From the NCBI GenBank assembly GCA_965261545.1, contig CBDHDF010000002.1:224001-288000 (forward strand): 64,000 nt of DNA, written 5' to 3'. This DNA comes from Bdellovibrionales bacterium (lineage in GTDB: Bacteria > Bdellovibrionota > Bdellovibrionia > Bdellovibrionales > UBA1609). Under the pieces are notes generated by a model, which saw only the letters and a list, made by a program, of their open reading frames with translations, did no database searches and was not told where the DNA came from. The position numbers and the translations under genes are program-made. This document shows, one piece after another, positions 10,597 through 21,650 of the stretch (positions are counted from its first letter, which is position 1; the number at the start of each line of letters is the position of its first letter).

Positions 10597-11646
10597 TTAT
10601 TTAACAACCGTATCTGATACAGTCTTACTATTAGAGAAAATAGGCATTATCCCTTTTACTTTGGAATCGACGATAGTGACCTTATTAAAACGTTTAAAGA
10701 TATGTTCCATGGTTTCAATGTATAGTCGTTTTCTAGTAATTGATGGGGCTAGCCGATATTCCTTTAAAACAGCAGTGAATTTTTTAGCATCACCTGTTGC
10801 TCTATTAATCAATGCGGCTGAGTAACCTTTTGCTTCGGAGACAGTTTTCTCTGCCTTACCTCGGGCTTCTGGAATAACTTTATTATATGCTTCTTCAGCT
10901 TGGTTAATTGATTTTTCCTGCTCTTGTTTTGCAGAAACCACTTCGTTGAAAGAAGGTTTTACAATTTCAGGAGGATTAATATCTTGCAGCTTAACGGCCA
11001 CGACTCGGATTCCAAGATCATATTTATCTAAAACTTCCTGCATTAAAACTTTGGCATCTGACGCCATTTCAAGACGGCCTGTTGTTAGTACCTCTGTAAC
11101 TACTCGGTCTCCTACAACTCGCCTAAGTATAGACTCGGAAACATCTCTGAGGTTTCGGACAGGTTGACTGGCTTGAAATAAATATTTAAATGGGTCTGCT
11201 ATTTGGTAGTGTACGACCCACTCAACATCGGCCACATTTAAATCACCTGTAAGCATTGATGATTCACTTTTCAGATTACCTTTAGAATAGGTTGTGCGTT
11301 CGTAGGATGAAGAACTCTCAGTTCGAAATCCAAATTCAGCCTGATGGACTAATTTTGTTTTGAGTTTCTCTAAGCGATCAATGCCGTAGGGTAGTTTAAA
11401 GTGGAGTCCCGGAGGATATGTGCCTTGATATTTACCTAAACGTATAATCACAGCTTCTTCATCGGGCTGCACTGTATAGATTGCGCTATAAGCTCCTGCA
11501 AGGGCGAGTAGGATCAAAAGACCATACAAACCAAATTTAGGATTGCTTGAGAAAGATTTTTTGAATTTATCAAACCTAAGCAAAAAATCTGCGAAGACTT
11601 CTTCTGGTGTCTGTGGTGGCCTGCGGCCACCGTTGTGTATATCCAT
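10597..11646 (-). CDS. hflK: FtsH protease modulator HflK
   Basis: MLTGDLNVADV, VIPEARGKA and TRKRLYIETME motifs. Confidence 0.95.
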   Translation of the reverse strand: MDIHNGGRRPPQTPEEVFADFLLRFDKFKKSFSSNPKFGLYGLLILLALAGAYSAIYTVQPDEEAVIIRLGKYQGTYPPGLHFKLPYGIDRLEKLKTKLVHQAEFGFRTESSSSYERTTYSKGNLKSESSMLTGDLNVADVEWVVHYQIADPFKYLFQASQPVRNLRDVSESILRRVVGDRVVTEVLTTGRLEMASDAKVLMQEVLDKYDLGIRVVAVKLQDINPPEIVKPSFNEVVSAKQEQEKSINQAEEAYNKVIPEARGKAEKTVSEAKGYSAALINRATGDAKKFTAVLKEYRLAPSITRKRLYIETMEHIFKRFNKVTIVDSKVKGIMPIFSNSKTVSDTVVK

Positions 11647-11715
11647 AGGTATGGATTACCAGCCTACAGCAGACTTACAAGTGAAATACTTAAAGTGTTG
11701 TCAATCCACGCAATA

Positions 11716-12096
11716 TGTATGGGTAAATATAACGCATCAAATTATTTTGAAAAATCTCATCTTGATTGTAGGCCTTATGAGTCCCAGAGATGGAACTGGA
11801 GTCAGAACTCCCAAGCCCCCACCAGAGTTAGAGTTGAAGCCAAGATGCGCCGCATCCTAATTGGTGACAAATGGAACTTGCATCGACTCATGAACGTTGT
11901 CCCATGGAGTCTTAAAGAATTTTTGGTTTACAACATCAATGCTGGATTTTGTTTTGACGGAAAGGTGGATGTAGACTCAGATGCCGATGGCATATGTGAT
12001 CGCGATGAAATGACCATGAACAATTTGTATGCCGAAGAGTTAAAACAAGAGGGAAAAAGCTTTGATCCCACCAATCGCTTTCATAGAATCCTCTGA
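11716..12096 (+). pseudogene. Fragment of a protein with a Ca-binding-like DxDxDG motif
   Basis: DSDADGICDRDE motif. No convincing start, and it ends at an IS remnant. Confidence 0.35.
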
Positions 12097-12104
12097 AAAA
12101 GATT

Positions 12105-12190
12105 TCGTAGACTTTTGCTTAAGTATCGGCTTGAATATTGATAGTCCTATATCGCTACCAAGGAGGGTTCGTTATGTCGCATCAAAAGCT
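12105..12190 (+). mobile_element. Remnant of the 5' region of a relative of the ISNCY-like element at 42630-44273
   Basis: CGTAGACTTTTGC...CCAAGGAGGGTTCGTTATGTCGCATCAA matches the reverse complement of ~44125-44205. Confidence 0.6.
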
Positions 12191-12741
12191 TCTCTATGAA
12201 ATCAGTGGGGGTGAGCTGTTACATAGAAAGAATATATTTCTCGATAAACCTATAAACTATGTAGGCTACACTTTGAAAAGATCCATTGTTTTGCTGATGT
12301 TTAGTTCTTTACTACAAGCAAGTGCTTCAAGTGCTTTGACCTCTTCCATGAGGTGGACCCCAATGTCAGACTGAAAAACTTGATTTTTAAGCTACACCAC
12401 AGCGCACAAAGAAGCCCCGTGTTAATGTGTTAAAGGCACCTCTCCCATATACACCTGATAAGGGGTGTAATCCTGAAGAGACTGGTGTGGCCTTTTATTA
12501 TTATAAAAATTAAAATACGTTTTAAAACCTTTGTTGGCTTGAACCATTGATTTGTCTTGATAGCCTTTCAAGTACACCTCTTCGTACTTAACAGACCGCC
12601 AAAGCCGCTCGATCATGATGTTGTCTAAACACCTGCCTTTGCCGTCCATACTGATAGAAATTCCATGGCTTTTCAACAATTTTGTGAAAACCTCAGAAGT
12701 GAATTGGCACCCTTGATCGGTATTGACAATATCAGGGCAAC

Positions 12742-15521
12742 GTGTGCCACGAAGTCACGGAGGTGACATGCTGATGTGAAGATGGAGGTAGGTCCTCCGC
12801 ACTCGGATTTCAGGATTTGAGTGCAAACAACCTTGCTGCTGCATGGGAGGCAAGGCCCTTGTAGTGAGCGAGCAAGGAAAAGGCCGTAGTAAACGGTCAT
12901 GTAAGTACTAGGGAGATGAGCGAAAGCAAACCCACCGACGACGCATCGAAAGATTAACAGTCGCGTCAAAACCGAAGGAAGGTTGTCTCCGTCGGGATAA
13001 GTCTAGAGGAAGCCTGATGACCGATCTAGACGGCGTGCGGTGTATAGGGGGCATGAACCTAGTACAGGCTTCGTATCGGAACGTGGGAACCTGCTGGTGG
13101 ATGATAAGGGAAACGCTATAAGGGAGACCCCCGAAGTGCTAAATACCGATGCCACCAACCAGGGGCAGAGTGATTCGTAGTAGTGATGAAGTTCCCGAGT
13201 TTGACAGCAGCATCTGCGTTAAAATGCGAAATTTCCAGAAATTGGGGTTGTACTGAAATATAATGGTAGCTGCTGGAAAAATTAAAATTGACGTAAAAAA
13301 AGTGTAGAAAACAAAATAGGATTTTATCGTTTTAAATATTGATATATCATAGAAATATGTAGAAAATGTCCTCATGTACATCCAAACGACTAAAAACTCA
13401 AAAGGTCAGTGCTACTACCACCTTGTGGAGTCCTACAGAGAAAAAGGCAAATCCAAAAAACGCATGCTCATGTCCTTAGGTAAGGCTGGAGAAGGAGGAG
13501 AGGATAAGATTAATAGTTTGGCGCAGGCCGTATCCCGCCACCGAGAGCTTCTCACTGTGAGTCAATTGGCTAAGGAGCTTTACATCGAAGAGACTTTCAT
13601 TTTGGGTCCCTTGCTGATTTTACAAAAGTTGTTTGATCAACTGGGTATCAATAAGACCCTCAAAGACATAAAAGATTCTCATGAGAAAGTTCAATTTGAT
13701 TTATGTAAGGTGATTTTTACCTTAGTTGCCACCCGATTTATTGCTCCTAGTTCCAAGTTAAAGGTTTTTGAGTATTGGCAAAAATCTTTTTACCCAGACA
13801 TGATTAAGGGTGATTTGAGTCTCCAGCATATTTATCGGTCTATGGACTTACTTGCCTCCCATAAGGATGAAATAGAGAACTCGCTTTATTGGGTGGGGCG
13901 AGATTTATTTAATTTCCAAGTAGACATTGTGTTGTATGATTTAACAACCTTACGCTTCGAGAGTACAAGAACAGACTTAGGGAAACTTCGTCAATTTGGC
14001 TATAGTAAAGAGAGACGATCAGACTGCACCCAAGTTGTCTTTGGTTTGTTGGTGAATCGGGATGGCATCCCTTTAGGTTTTGAGGTTTTCCCTGGTAATA
14101 CTTTTGAAGGCAAGACGCTTTCAGATATTGTTGATAAAATGAGAAAAAAGTTTAATGTACGCCGTTTCATTTTTGTGGCTGATAGGGGGCTTTTATCAAA
14201 GGCTAATACTGACAAACTCAGTGAGGATCAAAGCGAGTTTATTGTTGGTATGAAGCTTGGATCTTTAAAAAAAGAAAAGAAACAAGAGGTCTATGATTTA
14301 AATCGTTTTAGCTGGGTATATGAGAATGAGCTTGCTGTTTACGAAACAGACCATGGGGGGCATAGATGTATTGTGACTTGGTCTAGGAAAAGAGCAGAGA
14401 GAGATAAAAAATCTAGAGAATCCCTTCTTGAAAAAATCGAAGGAAAACTATCTTCTAAAGGTGTTCAGTCTAGTACTTTTGTTTCCAATAAAGGTTATAA
14501 GAAATATGTAAAGATGGCTGACGACAAAAATAAAAAACCTGAATTAAATGCAGAACAAATAGAATTAGATGAAAAAATTGATGGTTTTTTTGCCGTCCTT
14601 ACAAATGTCAAAGACTTGACGGCAGATGAGATTATTATCAACTACAAAGAATTGTGGAAAATTGAAGATGCTTTTGGTGAGTTAAAAGGGACTTTGAAAA
14701 CACGTCCTGTTTTCCATTGGACAGACCAGAGGATTATTGGACATTTAACTCTATGCTTTTTAACTTATCTTTGTGAGGCCCACCTTACAAAATGTTTAAG
14801 AGATAAGAAGATGAACCTAAAAAGCCCAGCCATAGGCATTGGTCATGTTAAAGAGCGACCTTTAACTGTTGTAGAGGCCATGAGGGAACTCAAGGAAGTT
14901 AGGGCTATCCCTGTTAAAATTCGTGATCAAGTCATTTGGACCCGCACAGATATCACTGGCAATGCCAACTCCTTATTTAAAGCCGCAGGCGTCCCCATCC
15001 CTCCCAGAATCCTTAATGCCCACAAGTGTGGATAAACAAAATACAACTATATGCGTTAATCCTTTAATATCATTCGTTTGACGCAGATGCTGCTGTCAAA
15101 CTCGGGATTAACAGTCGCGTCAAAACCGAAGGAAGGTTGTCTCCGTCGGGATAAGTCTAGAGGAAGCCTGATGACCGATCTAGACGGCGTGCGGTGTATA
15201 GGGGGCATGAACCTAGTACAGGCTTCGTATCGGAACGTGGGAACCTGCTGGTGGATGATAAGGGAAACGCTATAAGGGAGACCCCCGAAGTGCTAAATAC
15301 CGATGCCACCAACCAGGGGCAGAGTGATTCGTAGTAGTGATGAAGTTCTTGTAATGAGAATGGAGCGAAGGGGTCACATGATTTATGGAAGTAGTCAGGC
15401 CAACTTGGTTATGCTGAGGAGGAGCCTAATGAAACGGAAAATCATAGGAGCCGTGTGAGGGGAGACTTTCAAGCACGGTTCTGTGAGGGGCAGTGGGGGA
15501 AGTTCCCACTGCCTACTCGAT
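12742..15521 (+). ncRNA. ORF-less group II intron, copy 1 (626 nt once IS1634 and one duplicate are removed)
   Basis: 5' GTGTGCC. Domain V GAGCCGTGTGAGGGGAGACTTTCAAGCACGGTTC. Domain VI ends CTACTCGAT. Confidence 0.9.
13194..15106 (+). mobile_element. IS1634-family element copy 2 (transposase 13374-15035) with 241-bp target duplication
   Basis: Same 1913 bp and TIRs as 4035-5947. 12953-13193 is repeated at 15107-15347. Confidence 0.95.
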
Positions 15522-15807
15522 CAAATGTTTCTATGGCTTCCTCAAAGACTTCTAAACAAAAAGTTGTCTCAAGGCTATTAGAAAGTCTCCAAGACAGCAC
15601 AAATCGGCTAAACCAATCTATCACAGCTACCCATAGGTGTTCGTGGTTTTTTTCTAATTTTAATTCCAAATTAATGGAAATACTTTTCAAGCCTCCTTTT
15701 TTACATAGAGGGAAGTGGGCGATTTATAAATATTTATAGATGGTATTTTGAGAAATGGACGCAGATTGACATTTGATATCCACGACAAGCCATGTGTTTT
15801 AAGAGAC

Positions 15808-16272
15808 TTAATTGTGTAACGAAAGAACTGTGGACTTTTGGGAACAACAGAATTTAAATTTCTTTCCACTTCCGCATGGACAGGATTGATTTCTTCCAAT
15901 TTTTTCGCTTTGGTCATTTTTCTGCTGTGATGCAGACATATCTTCAGTTACAATTTTTTTTTGCTTTTCATCTTCCAAATCCTCATCCAAATTATCAAAA
16001 AGAATATCTCCTAGATTCTTGTGAAAGTAACGATTTTTAAATTGAGATATGAGCATCATAAAAATACATGTAAGAACCAAAAGTGTGAGTGAAGCAAAAA
16101 ACAAAGAAGATGCTTGCATCTGAGTTAATGGGAGGATGAGTGCCAGTAAATAACCAAATCCAAATACCAATAAGGAAATAAGAAGAGATATAAAGGATCC
16201 CAAAGAAAGTAATATTAAAAGTCCAAAAATCATTGCTATTTTTTGCTCCTGTCGAATACAATGAATCCGCAT
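15808..16272 (-). CDS. Membrane protein with C-terminal SEC-C (Zn-binding) motif; IS passenger
   Basis: Two hydrophobic segments and KIGRNQSCPCGSGKKFKFCC. Confidence 0.8.
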   Translation of the reverse strand: MRIHCIRQEQKIAMIFGLLILLSLGSFISLLISLLVFGFGYLLALILPLTQMQASSLFFASLTLLVLTCIFMMLISQFKNRYFHKNLGDILFDNLDEDLEDEKQKKIVTEDMSASQQKNDQSEKIGRNQSCPCGSGKKFKFCCSQKSTVLSLHN

Positions 16273-16377
16273 AGATACAAGTGAGTTATCTACAGACTTA
16301 ATGATTCTCGCGTTAGTATCTTAATAGGTCAAGATTAATTGGAGGAAATTTTTATTTTTTAAACGCAGGGGGCAAAT

Positions 16378-17622
16378 ATGAGCACGGAAGCTCAAACACT
16401 TAAAACGATCAAAAAATGTTTCAAGAAAGTTATTCCTGAAAAGGACTCTCGGGCAACCATTCCACCTCTTGAGTTTATTGTGGCTCTTGTCTTGTCATTC
16501 CAGGGAGACTCTAAGACATATTCAATAGAGGGAATTAGGAGGTTTATGATAAGTCATTTAGGATTAAGAATTGAAAGACACAGCTTCTGGGAAAGACTCT
16601 CTAGAAAAAGATTAAAAGAGCTTCTGAGTAAACTGGTTGAAATGCTCATGATAAAGCTATCTCATGGAGCTTTTCATGGGAGCAAAGCCATATTATTACA
16701 ACTGGGAGTCTCAGACGTTCTTCTTGTTGACTCAAGCACAATAAGCCTTTGGGATGGAGCATCTGAGAATTTTCCAGGGACAAGAACAAACGCAGGAATT
16801 AAATGGCACGCTTGTTTCAGTTTATTCAGTGGTATAATGACTTGGTTCGAATTAACTCCGTCTTCCACTAACGATAGGAAGTGCTTTCCTGATATAAAGG
16901 AACTCGTTGGAAAATTAGTCATCTTTGATTTGGGATATTGGGACTATGGCTTATTGTCATCTATTCATGAAGCTAAAGGATTTTTCTTGTCTAGAGTGAA
17001 GTCAAATGCCTCTATTCTTATTGATGCTGTTGTTGAAGGTTTGCCAGATTACTATGTTGGAAAAGAGTTCTCTGATATTAAACTCAAGAAAAAAAACGAT
17101 GTTGTTGAATTTATAGGCAGTGTCTTGTCCAATGGTAAATGGGTAAGTTTGAGAATTGTAGGCTTCTGGAATTCCTCCGAAAAACGCTATCATTGGTATT
17201 GCACGAATTTAGATGTGGCAGCGGAGTCCATATATCCAATTTATCGTTTACGTTGGCAATGTGAACTTATTTTCAAATCTTGTAAGAATTCTTTGAATGC
17301 AAATCAGATCACCTCAAACGATCAAAATATCATAGAGAGTCTTCTTCTTGCTTCATTAGCGGCTCACCTCACATCAAGTGTTGTTTTGAGGATAGGAAGA
17401 ACTAAACTCAATAAGGAACAAAATAACTCCACATCGTTTCAAAGAGTTGCTAAGGTTACCGTCTTATTAGCCTCTGATTTTATCAAATATCTCCTAAGCT
17501 CATCTCAAAAGTATTTAAATATTTTGATAGAGAAGATCAAGATATTCTCCCATGAAATTTATGACACAAACTACCGACGGCGAAAAACATCAATGAATAT
17601 GGCTAAAAAGGTCTTGCTATGA
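16378..17622 (+). CDS. IS4-family transposase
   Basis: LVDSS, FDLGYW and YRLRWQCELIFK motifs. Confidence 0.95.
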   Translation: MSTEAQTLKTIKKCFKKVIPEKDSRATIPPLEFIVALVLSFQGDSKTYSIEGIRRFMISHLGLRIERHSFWERLSRKRLKELLSKLVEMLMIKLSHGAFHGSKAILLQLGVSDVLLVDSSTISLWDGASENFPGTRTNAGIKWHACFSLFSGIMTWFELTPSSTNDRKCFPDIKELVGKLVIFDLGYWDYGLLSSIHEAKGFFLSRVKSNASILIDAVVEGLPDYYVGKEFSDIKLKKKNDVVEFIGSVLSNGKWVSLRIVGFWNSSEKRYHWYCTNLDVAAESIYPIYRLRWQCELIFKSCKNSLNANQITSNDQNIIESLLLASLAAHLTSSVVLRIGRTKLNKEQNNSTSFQRVAKVTVLLASDFIKYLLSSSQKYLNILIEKIKIFSHEIYDTNYRRRKTSMNMAKKVLL

Positions 17623-17644
17623 AAGAATAAAAAACCACGAACAC

Positions 17645-18160
17645 CTATGAGCCATCACGTCGTAAAATTTCTCCCCAGTTTGGAATTGATTCGTGATCCT
17701 TGGATTCAATTGAGACGACATCAATGTTGATCTTTGGATGGTCTTCAAATTTAATTTTTATGGAACTCTTTTTTGAGCGATCAAATTCTGGACGACGCTC
17801 TGTACGTTTTTCGTAAGCTTTTCGCAGAAGCCCTTCAATGTAATTCAAGGCAGATTGATTATCTATCTCTTCGCCATCCCTAGATTTAAGGTAAATCCCA
17901 ATGTCGGCATCAAAATCGCCGTCCTCATGGCGCTTGAGAATCGTAGTTTTGGCATAGCTTCCACTTCTGAGGGCTTTCTCGAAATCAAATTCGTCTTCAG
18001 ACGTAATATAGGTGCCAAGGTTCTTCTCCAAAAAATCTAGCTCCTCTTTGGCTGCTTTCAACTGCCCCTTCGAGGGTCGTATTCCCTCCTTTATAAATTT
18101 CATAAATCTCGAATCTAACTCAGCCACTGTTTGGGCTCCTTTCATAAATTGCAACTTCAA
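17645..18160 (-). pseudogene. 3'-truncated SMODS/CD-NTase-like (cGAS/DncV-like) nucleotidyltransferase
   Basis: SGSYAKTTIL...DFDADIGIYL and NIDVV pol-beta NTase motifs. Cut by the IS4 TIR at 17649. Confidence 0.7.
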
Positions 18161-18431
18161 AAGGGGAGGTGTTGTATGTAAAAGACTGTTATTATTAGAC
18201 TTTTAGTGACAATGATGTGTAATCCCCACCCATTTTAATATGGTCTCTTTTTGAGACAAATCAAGGCTTTGGCCTTGAAAGTAATGGACTTTTTACATTT
18301 TAATCAAATCCAATACCCCCATTGTACCACATTATATCAATAATGTCAAGTATATATATTTCTACAACTAGATATTCAATATATTTCGAATAATACATTG
18401 TGAAAATGTATCTATCTGTTATTATTAATAT

Positions 18432-19454
18432 ATGAAGGAATTAGATGGAATAGAACTATTAAAAAAGGTACTGCCAGGGCCAATCAATGAAATTGACCTG
18501 ACTACTGGTGGGCTCCCTATGTGGGCAAATCAAATCGCACAGGTAGTCGTAGTAACATTTTCTTTAAAAGACCATCGAATTGCTCTGGTAATACCAAAGA
18601 AGCAACTAGAATTCGACCAACTAGCACGACTGCAACGCCTTGTTGAGTCTAAATTGAATTTGCCAGCCCTGGTGGTTGCCGACAAAATCAATCCAAAGTA
18701 CAGATCCCTGTTTGTTAGAAATAATGTTCCCTACATTTATAAGGATCAAGCAATCTATGCTCCGCAACTAGGATTAATTTTAAATGCTCGCAGACAATAT
18801 CCCATAATTCGTGGGGCAATGCCTCATGTTGAAAATGTGTCTATTGGCCCCTTTGAGTTAAAAATACTTGCGGGATTTCTTACTCAAAGAATTAACCTAC
18901 TAAATTTTAATCTCCTTGATTTAGCCTATGAGCTTAAACGACATGACTACAGGTGTTCTCAAGGCAAACTTTCTAATTCAATAAATCGACTCTTAATGTC
19001 TGGGTTTTTGACTTCTCACGGTAGCGGACCGAATAGAAAATTAAATTTTATTAATAGAAGTGAAGTCTGGCAAAAACTAAATGAAAATACATACCAAGGG
19101 TCTACTCGGATAATTCCTGCTGAATTTATTACGCAAGACTTAGACTTACCTTTAAGCAATGAGAGTGCGTTGGCAAAGTATACTAATCTTGGGTATCCAG
19201 CCAAACCGATTTATGCAGTAACCAATAAACAGTTACAAGAAATTCAGGCAGAAGGAAATGCTTTCGGCGATTTTGGTAATCCTTTGTTTTATTTCGATGT
19301 TCGCAAGGAAGACCCAAGATTGTTTTCCATAAATGGAGCTTTAAACCCCATAGAAGTATTTATGGACATGAAAGATAATGGAGATGAAAGAATTCAAATC
19401 GAATTATCTAAAATGCTAAGGGAATTTAATTTGGAGGATTTAAGAGATGTCTAA
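18432..19454 (+). CDS. Winged-HTH regulator / AbiEi-like antitoxin candidate
   Basis: NNVPYIYKDQAIYAPQLG, a central wHTH and LSNESALAKYTNL. Overlaps the downstream NTase gene. Confidence 0.6.
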   Translation: MKELDGIELLKKVLPGPINEIDLTTGGLPMWANQIAQVVVVTFSLKDHRIALVIPKKQLEFDQLARLQRLVESKLNLPALVVADKINPKYRSLFVRNNVPYIYKDQAIYAPQLGLILNARRQYPIIRGAMPHVENVSIGPFELKILAGFLTQRINLLNFNLLDLAYELKRHDYRCSQGKLSNSINRLLMSGFLTSHGSGPNRKLNFINRSEVWQKLNENTYQGSTRIIPAEFITQDLDLPLSNESALAKYTNLGYPAKPIYAVTNKQLQEIQAEGNAFGDFGNPLFYFDVRKEDPRLFSINGALNPIEVFMDMKDNGDERIQIELSKMLREFNLEDLRDV

Positions 19455-20217
19455 AGTCAGAGGCGTAGACCATTTTTCAGAGTTTTTCAAAGATTTTTCG
19501 GATGAATATGTAATTATTGGTGGTACTGCGGCATCAGAAATTCTAAACGATAACGAACTTACTTTTAGAGCCACAAAAGATGTGGACATGGTAATTCTCA
19601 CAAACGACTCTCCTGCTTTAAATAGTCGTATCATTGAGTACGTCAAGCTAGGTCAGTTCAAAGCACAGGAAACCGTAGAGGGAAAAAGGTACTATAGATT
19701 TTCAGACCCAGCAGATGATAAATTCCCTAAGCTCCTAGAAATATTTGCTAGGAATGAATCTGGACTTGAGCTGGAAACAGGGCAACACATCATTCCAATA
19801 ATAAATCAAGAGGCGGATCGTCTCAGCGCAATTTTACTCGACGATGACTATTTTGAATTGATAAGAGCCAATGCAGTCAAATCTAAAGAAGGTTATTCTT
19901 TAATAGATCCAAGAGTTAATATTTGTCTAAAGGCTAGAGCCTATCGAGAACTAACTCAACGTAAAGTAAATGGTGAAAAGGTGGACTCCCGAGAAATCGA
20001 AAAGCATAAAAAGGACGTTCTTCGAATTGCACTTGTTCTTGATGGAAGTAAAACGGTTTCACTTCCACAAGTCGTGTCTGATGATTTGAAACAAGTTCTA
20101 ACCGAACTTAGCGCAATGGACGCCAAAGTCGTCGCTCAAGTCTTGAAGGGGCAACCAATTACAACAAAAGAGCCGTTGATAAAAGCTATTGAAAATGAAT
20201 TTGAATTTTTTAGTTAA
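19447..20217 (+). CDS. AbiEii-like nucleotidyltransferase (type IV TA toxin candidate)
   Basis: YVIIGGTAA...RATKDVDMV, CLKARAY and KHKKDV motifs. Confidence 0.7.
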   Translation: MSKVRGVDHFSEFFKDFSDEYVIIGGTAASEILNDNELTFRATKDVDMVILTNDSPALNSRIIEYVKLGQFKAQETVEGKRYYRFSDPADDKFPKLLEIFARNESGLELETGQHIIPIINQEADRLSAILLDDDYFELIRANAVKSKEGYSLIDPRVNICLKARAYRELTQRKVNGEKVDSREIEKHKKDVLRIALVLDGSKTVSLPQVVSDDLKQVLTELSAMDAKVVAQVLKGQPITTKEPLIKAIENEFEFFS

Positions 20218-20770
20218 GCCTCTTCTGTCTTCCAAACCAAGGAAATATTTTGAATTATGATAGTTCTGGCATCAGTTAAGGGTTGGTAATTTACACCTAA
20301 TAGTTTTTAAAAGGTTCGGGTAACATTTTTGGATATGTTTTTCTAATTTTTTTTTCATTATCCACAACTAGCACTCCACAATATAAGAATTTATTTTTAA
20401 AAACTTCATAACAACACAACCTCAAGGAACCAGTGGTACCATTTGGTTTTCTACAGTGTTCGCGTAGTCTCTTTGAGATTTCTTGGTCAATTCCAGAATA
20501 AATAATGTAGAATAAATCTGAAATTTCATGTATCGGCTCACAATCATTTAGGGTGTGCTAACGATATACTGTAGATTATATACCCACAGCGTCAATCTGT
20601 GCCCTCTTCAATCAGCATTTAGTCATAGGTTGAGCTCGATACTGTCGGTTTAAGGCCTTAAAATTTTCATCAATCCTTAAGAGTTCAATACAAAGCACTT
20701 GTAGAGTCAATCTTGTGGGTAGATTCTTCTTAAACTGATAGTATTAAGTTAGACTAAAGGAGGGTAATTT

Positions 20771-21067
20771 CTACAGTATATTGTTAGCACACCCATCATT
20801 TAAACCAACTCCATTTGAATTATACTCCTTAGATTCCGTTTTTAGTTTGGCAATTTCTTCGCTGTTCAATTCCGCTCCTAAGAAATATACAGAGCTAGGA
20901 AGAAAGCGATTTCCGTCTTGGATTTTAAATTTACTTGAAAGCTCATGTTCTGTGTTGACGCCGATATTTCTCGCTTCTCTTTTTATAAGCGATAATAATT
21001 TGTATTCTAACGACGTCACTTCATTCGAACCATTACGCATGCTTTTCCTCAACCAGCTCGAACTCAT
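20771..21067 (-). CDS. Hypothetical protein
   Basis: 98-aa ORF overlapping the 3' end of the upstream nuclease gene. Confidence 0.35.
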   Translation of the reverse strand: MSSSWLRKSMRNGSNEVTSLEYKLLSLIKREARNIGVNTEHELSSKFKIQDGNRFLPSSVYFLGAELNSEEIAKLKTESKEYNSNGVGLNDGCANNIL

Positions 21068-21464
21068 TTATAATAGGTAATAGATCATGAGGTACGTTAT
21101 CGCTGTGCCAATCTTTGTTTTTCTCCCAATTTGGCTGATTTAAAATTGGACGAATTTCATTAAATCTCTCTAGCGTTTCATCATGAGGAAATAGATACCA
21201 TTTATTATTTTTTCGATCAGGAAAACAAATGTATAGGTTCTTAAAATGGTATTTCTCAGCAAAGGTCACTCTAGCCTTAAGCTGAATATTAATTGATTCG
21301 CCTTTTAAATCTACAGCAATAAAGTCAGCGCCGTTCCAGTCATCTGAAAGTTTTATGCAACAAATACCAAAATTAGCGAAAATTGCTGACACTTTTTGGT
21401 AATTATAAATTTCTTTCTGTTTAGAGGAAAGGTTAATGTATTCGATTTTTTTGAGACTTATCAT
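21033..21464 (-). CDS. PD-(D/E)XK restriction-endonuclease-like protein
   Basis: DDWNGADFIAV...INIQLKAR motif. Confidence 0.6.
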   Translation of the reverse strand: MISLKKIEYINLSSKQKEIYNYQKVSAIFANFGICCIKLSDDWNGADFIAVDLKGESINIQLKARVTFAEKYHFKNLYICFPDRKNNKWYLFPHDETLERFNEIRPILNQPNWEKNKDWHSDNVPHDLLPIINEFELVEEKHA

Positions 21465-21650
21465 TTGAATTCCTAAATCCAGTTTTTGTATTGGTCATTA
21501 GCGCGACCACAATTTTTTTCCTACTGAAACTATTTATAACAACGTCTACTGAATGAGTAGATGCTGGAACATAGAATGAATACCACATACACATTATGTA
21601 GAAAATCAAGTAGTTCATCAATTAGTTAATAGCGCAAAAATCAAGGCACC

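Larger units (their letters stand above)
12422..15631 (-). pseudogene. IS3-family OrfB (rve integrase) fragment split by an antisense group II intron
   Basis: Removing 12742-15521 restores VAVIDWFSR...EAIETF-GCPDIVNTDQGCQFTS...SMDGKGRCLDNIMIERLWRSVKYE. Confidence 0.9.
15632..17649 (+). mobile_element. IS4-family element with CAT ends carrying a passenger gene
   Basis: Perfect 21-bp TIR CATAGGTGTTCGTGGTTTTTT. No flanking DR (IS3 on the left, CD-NTase on the right). Confidence 0.9.

Noticed and set aside
12673..12969. ORFs overlapping the intron RNA (also 15078, 15455, 21618, 22058, 22197)
   Set aside because: Incidental frames in the ribozyme with no RT or maturase motifs.
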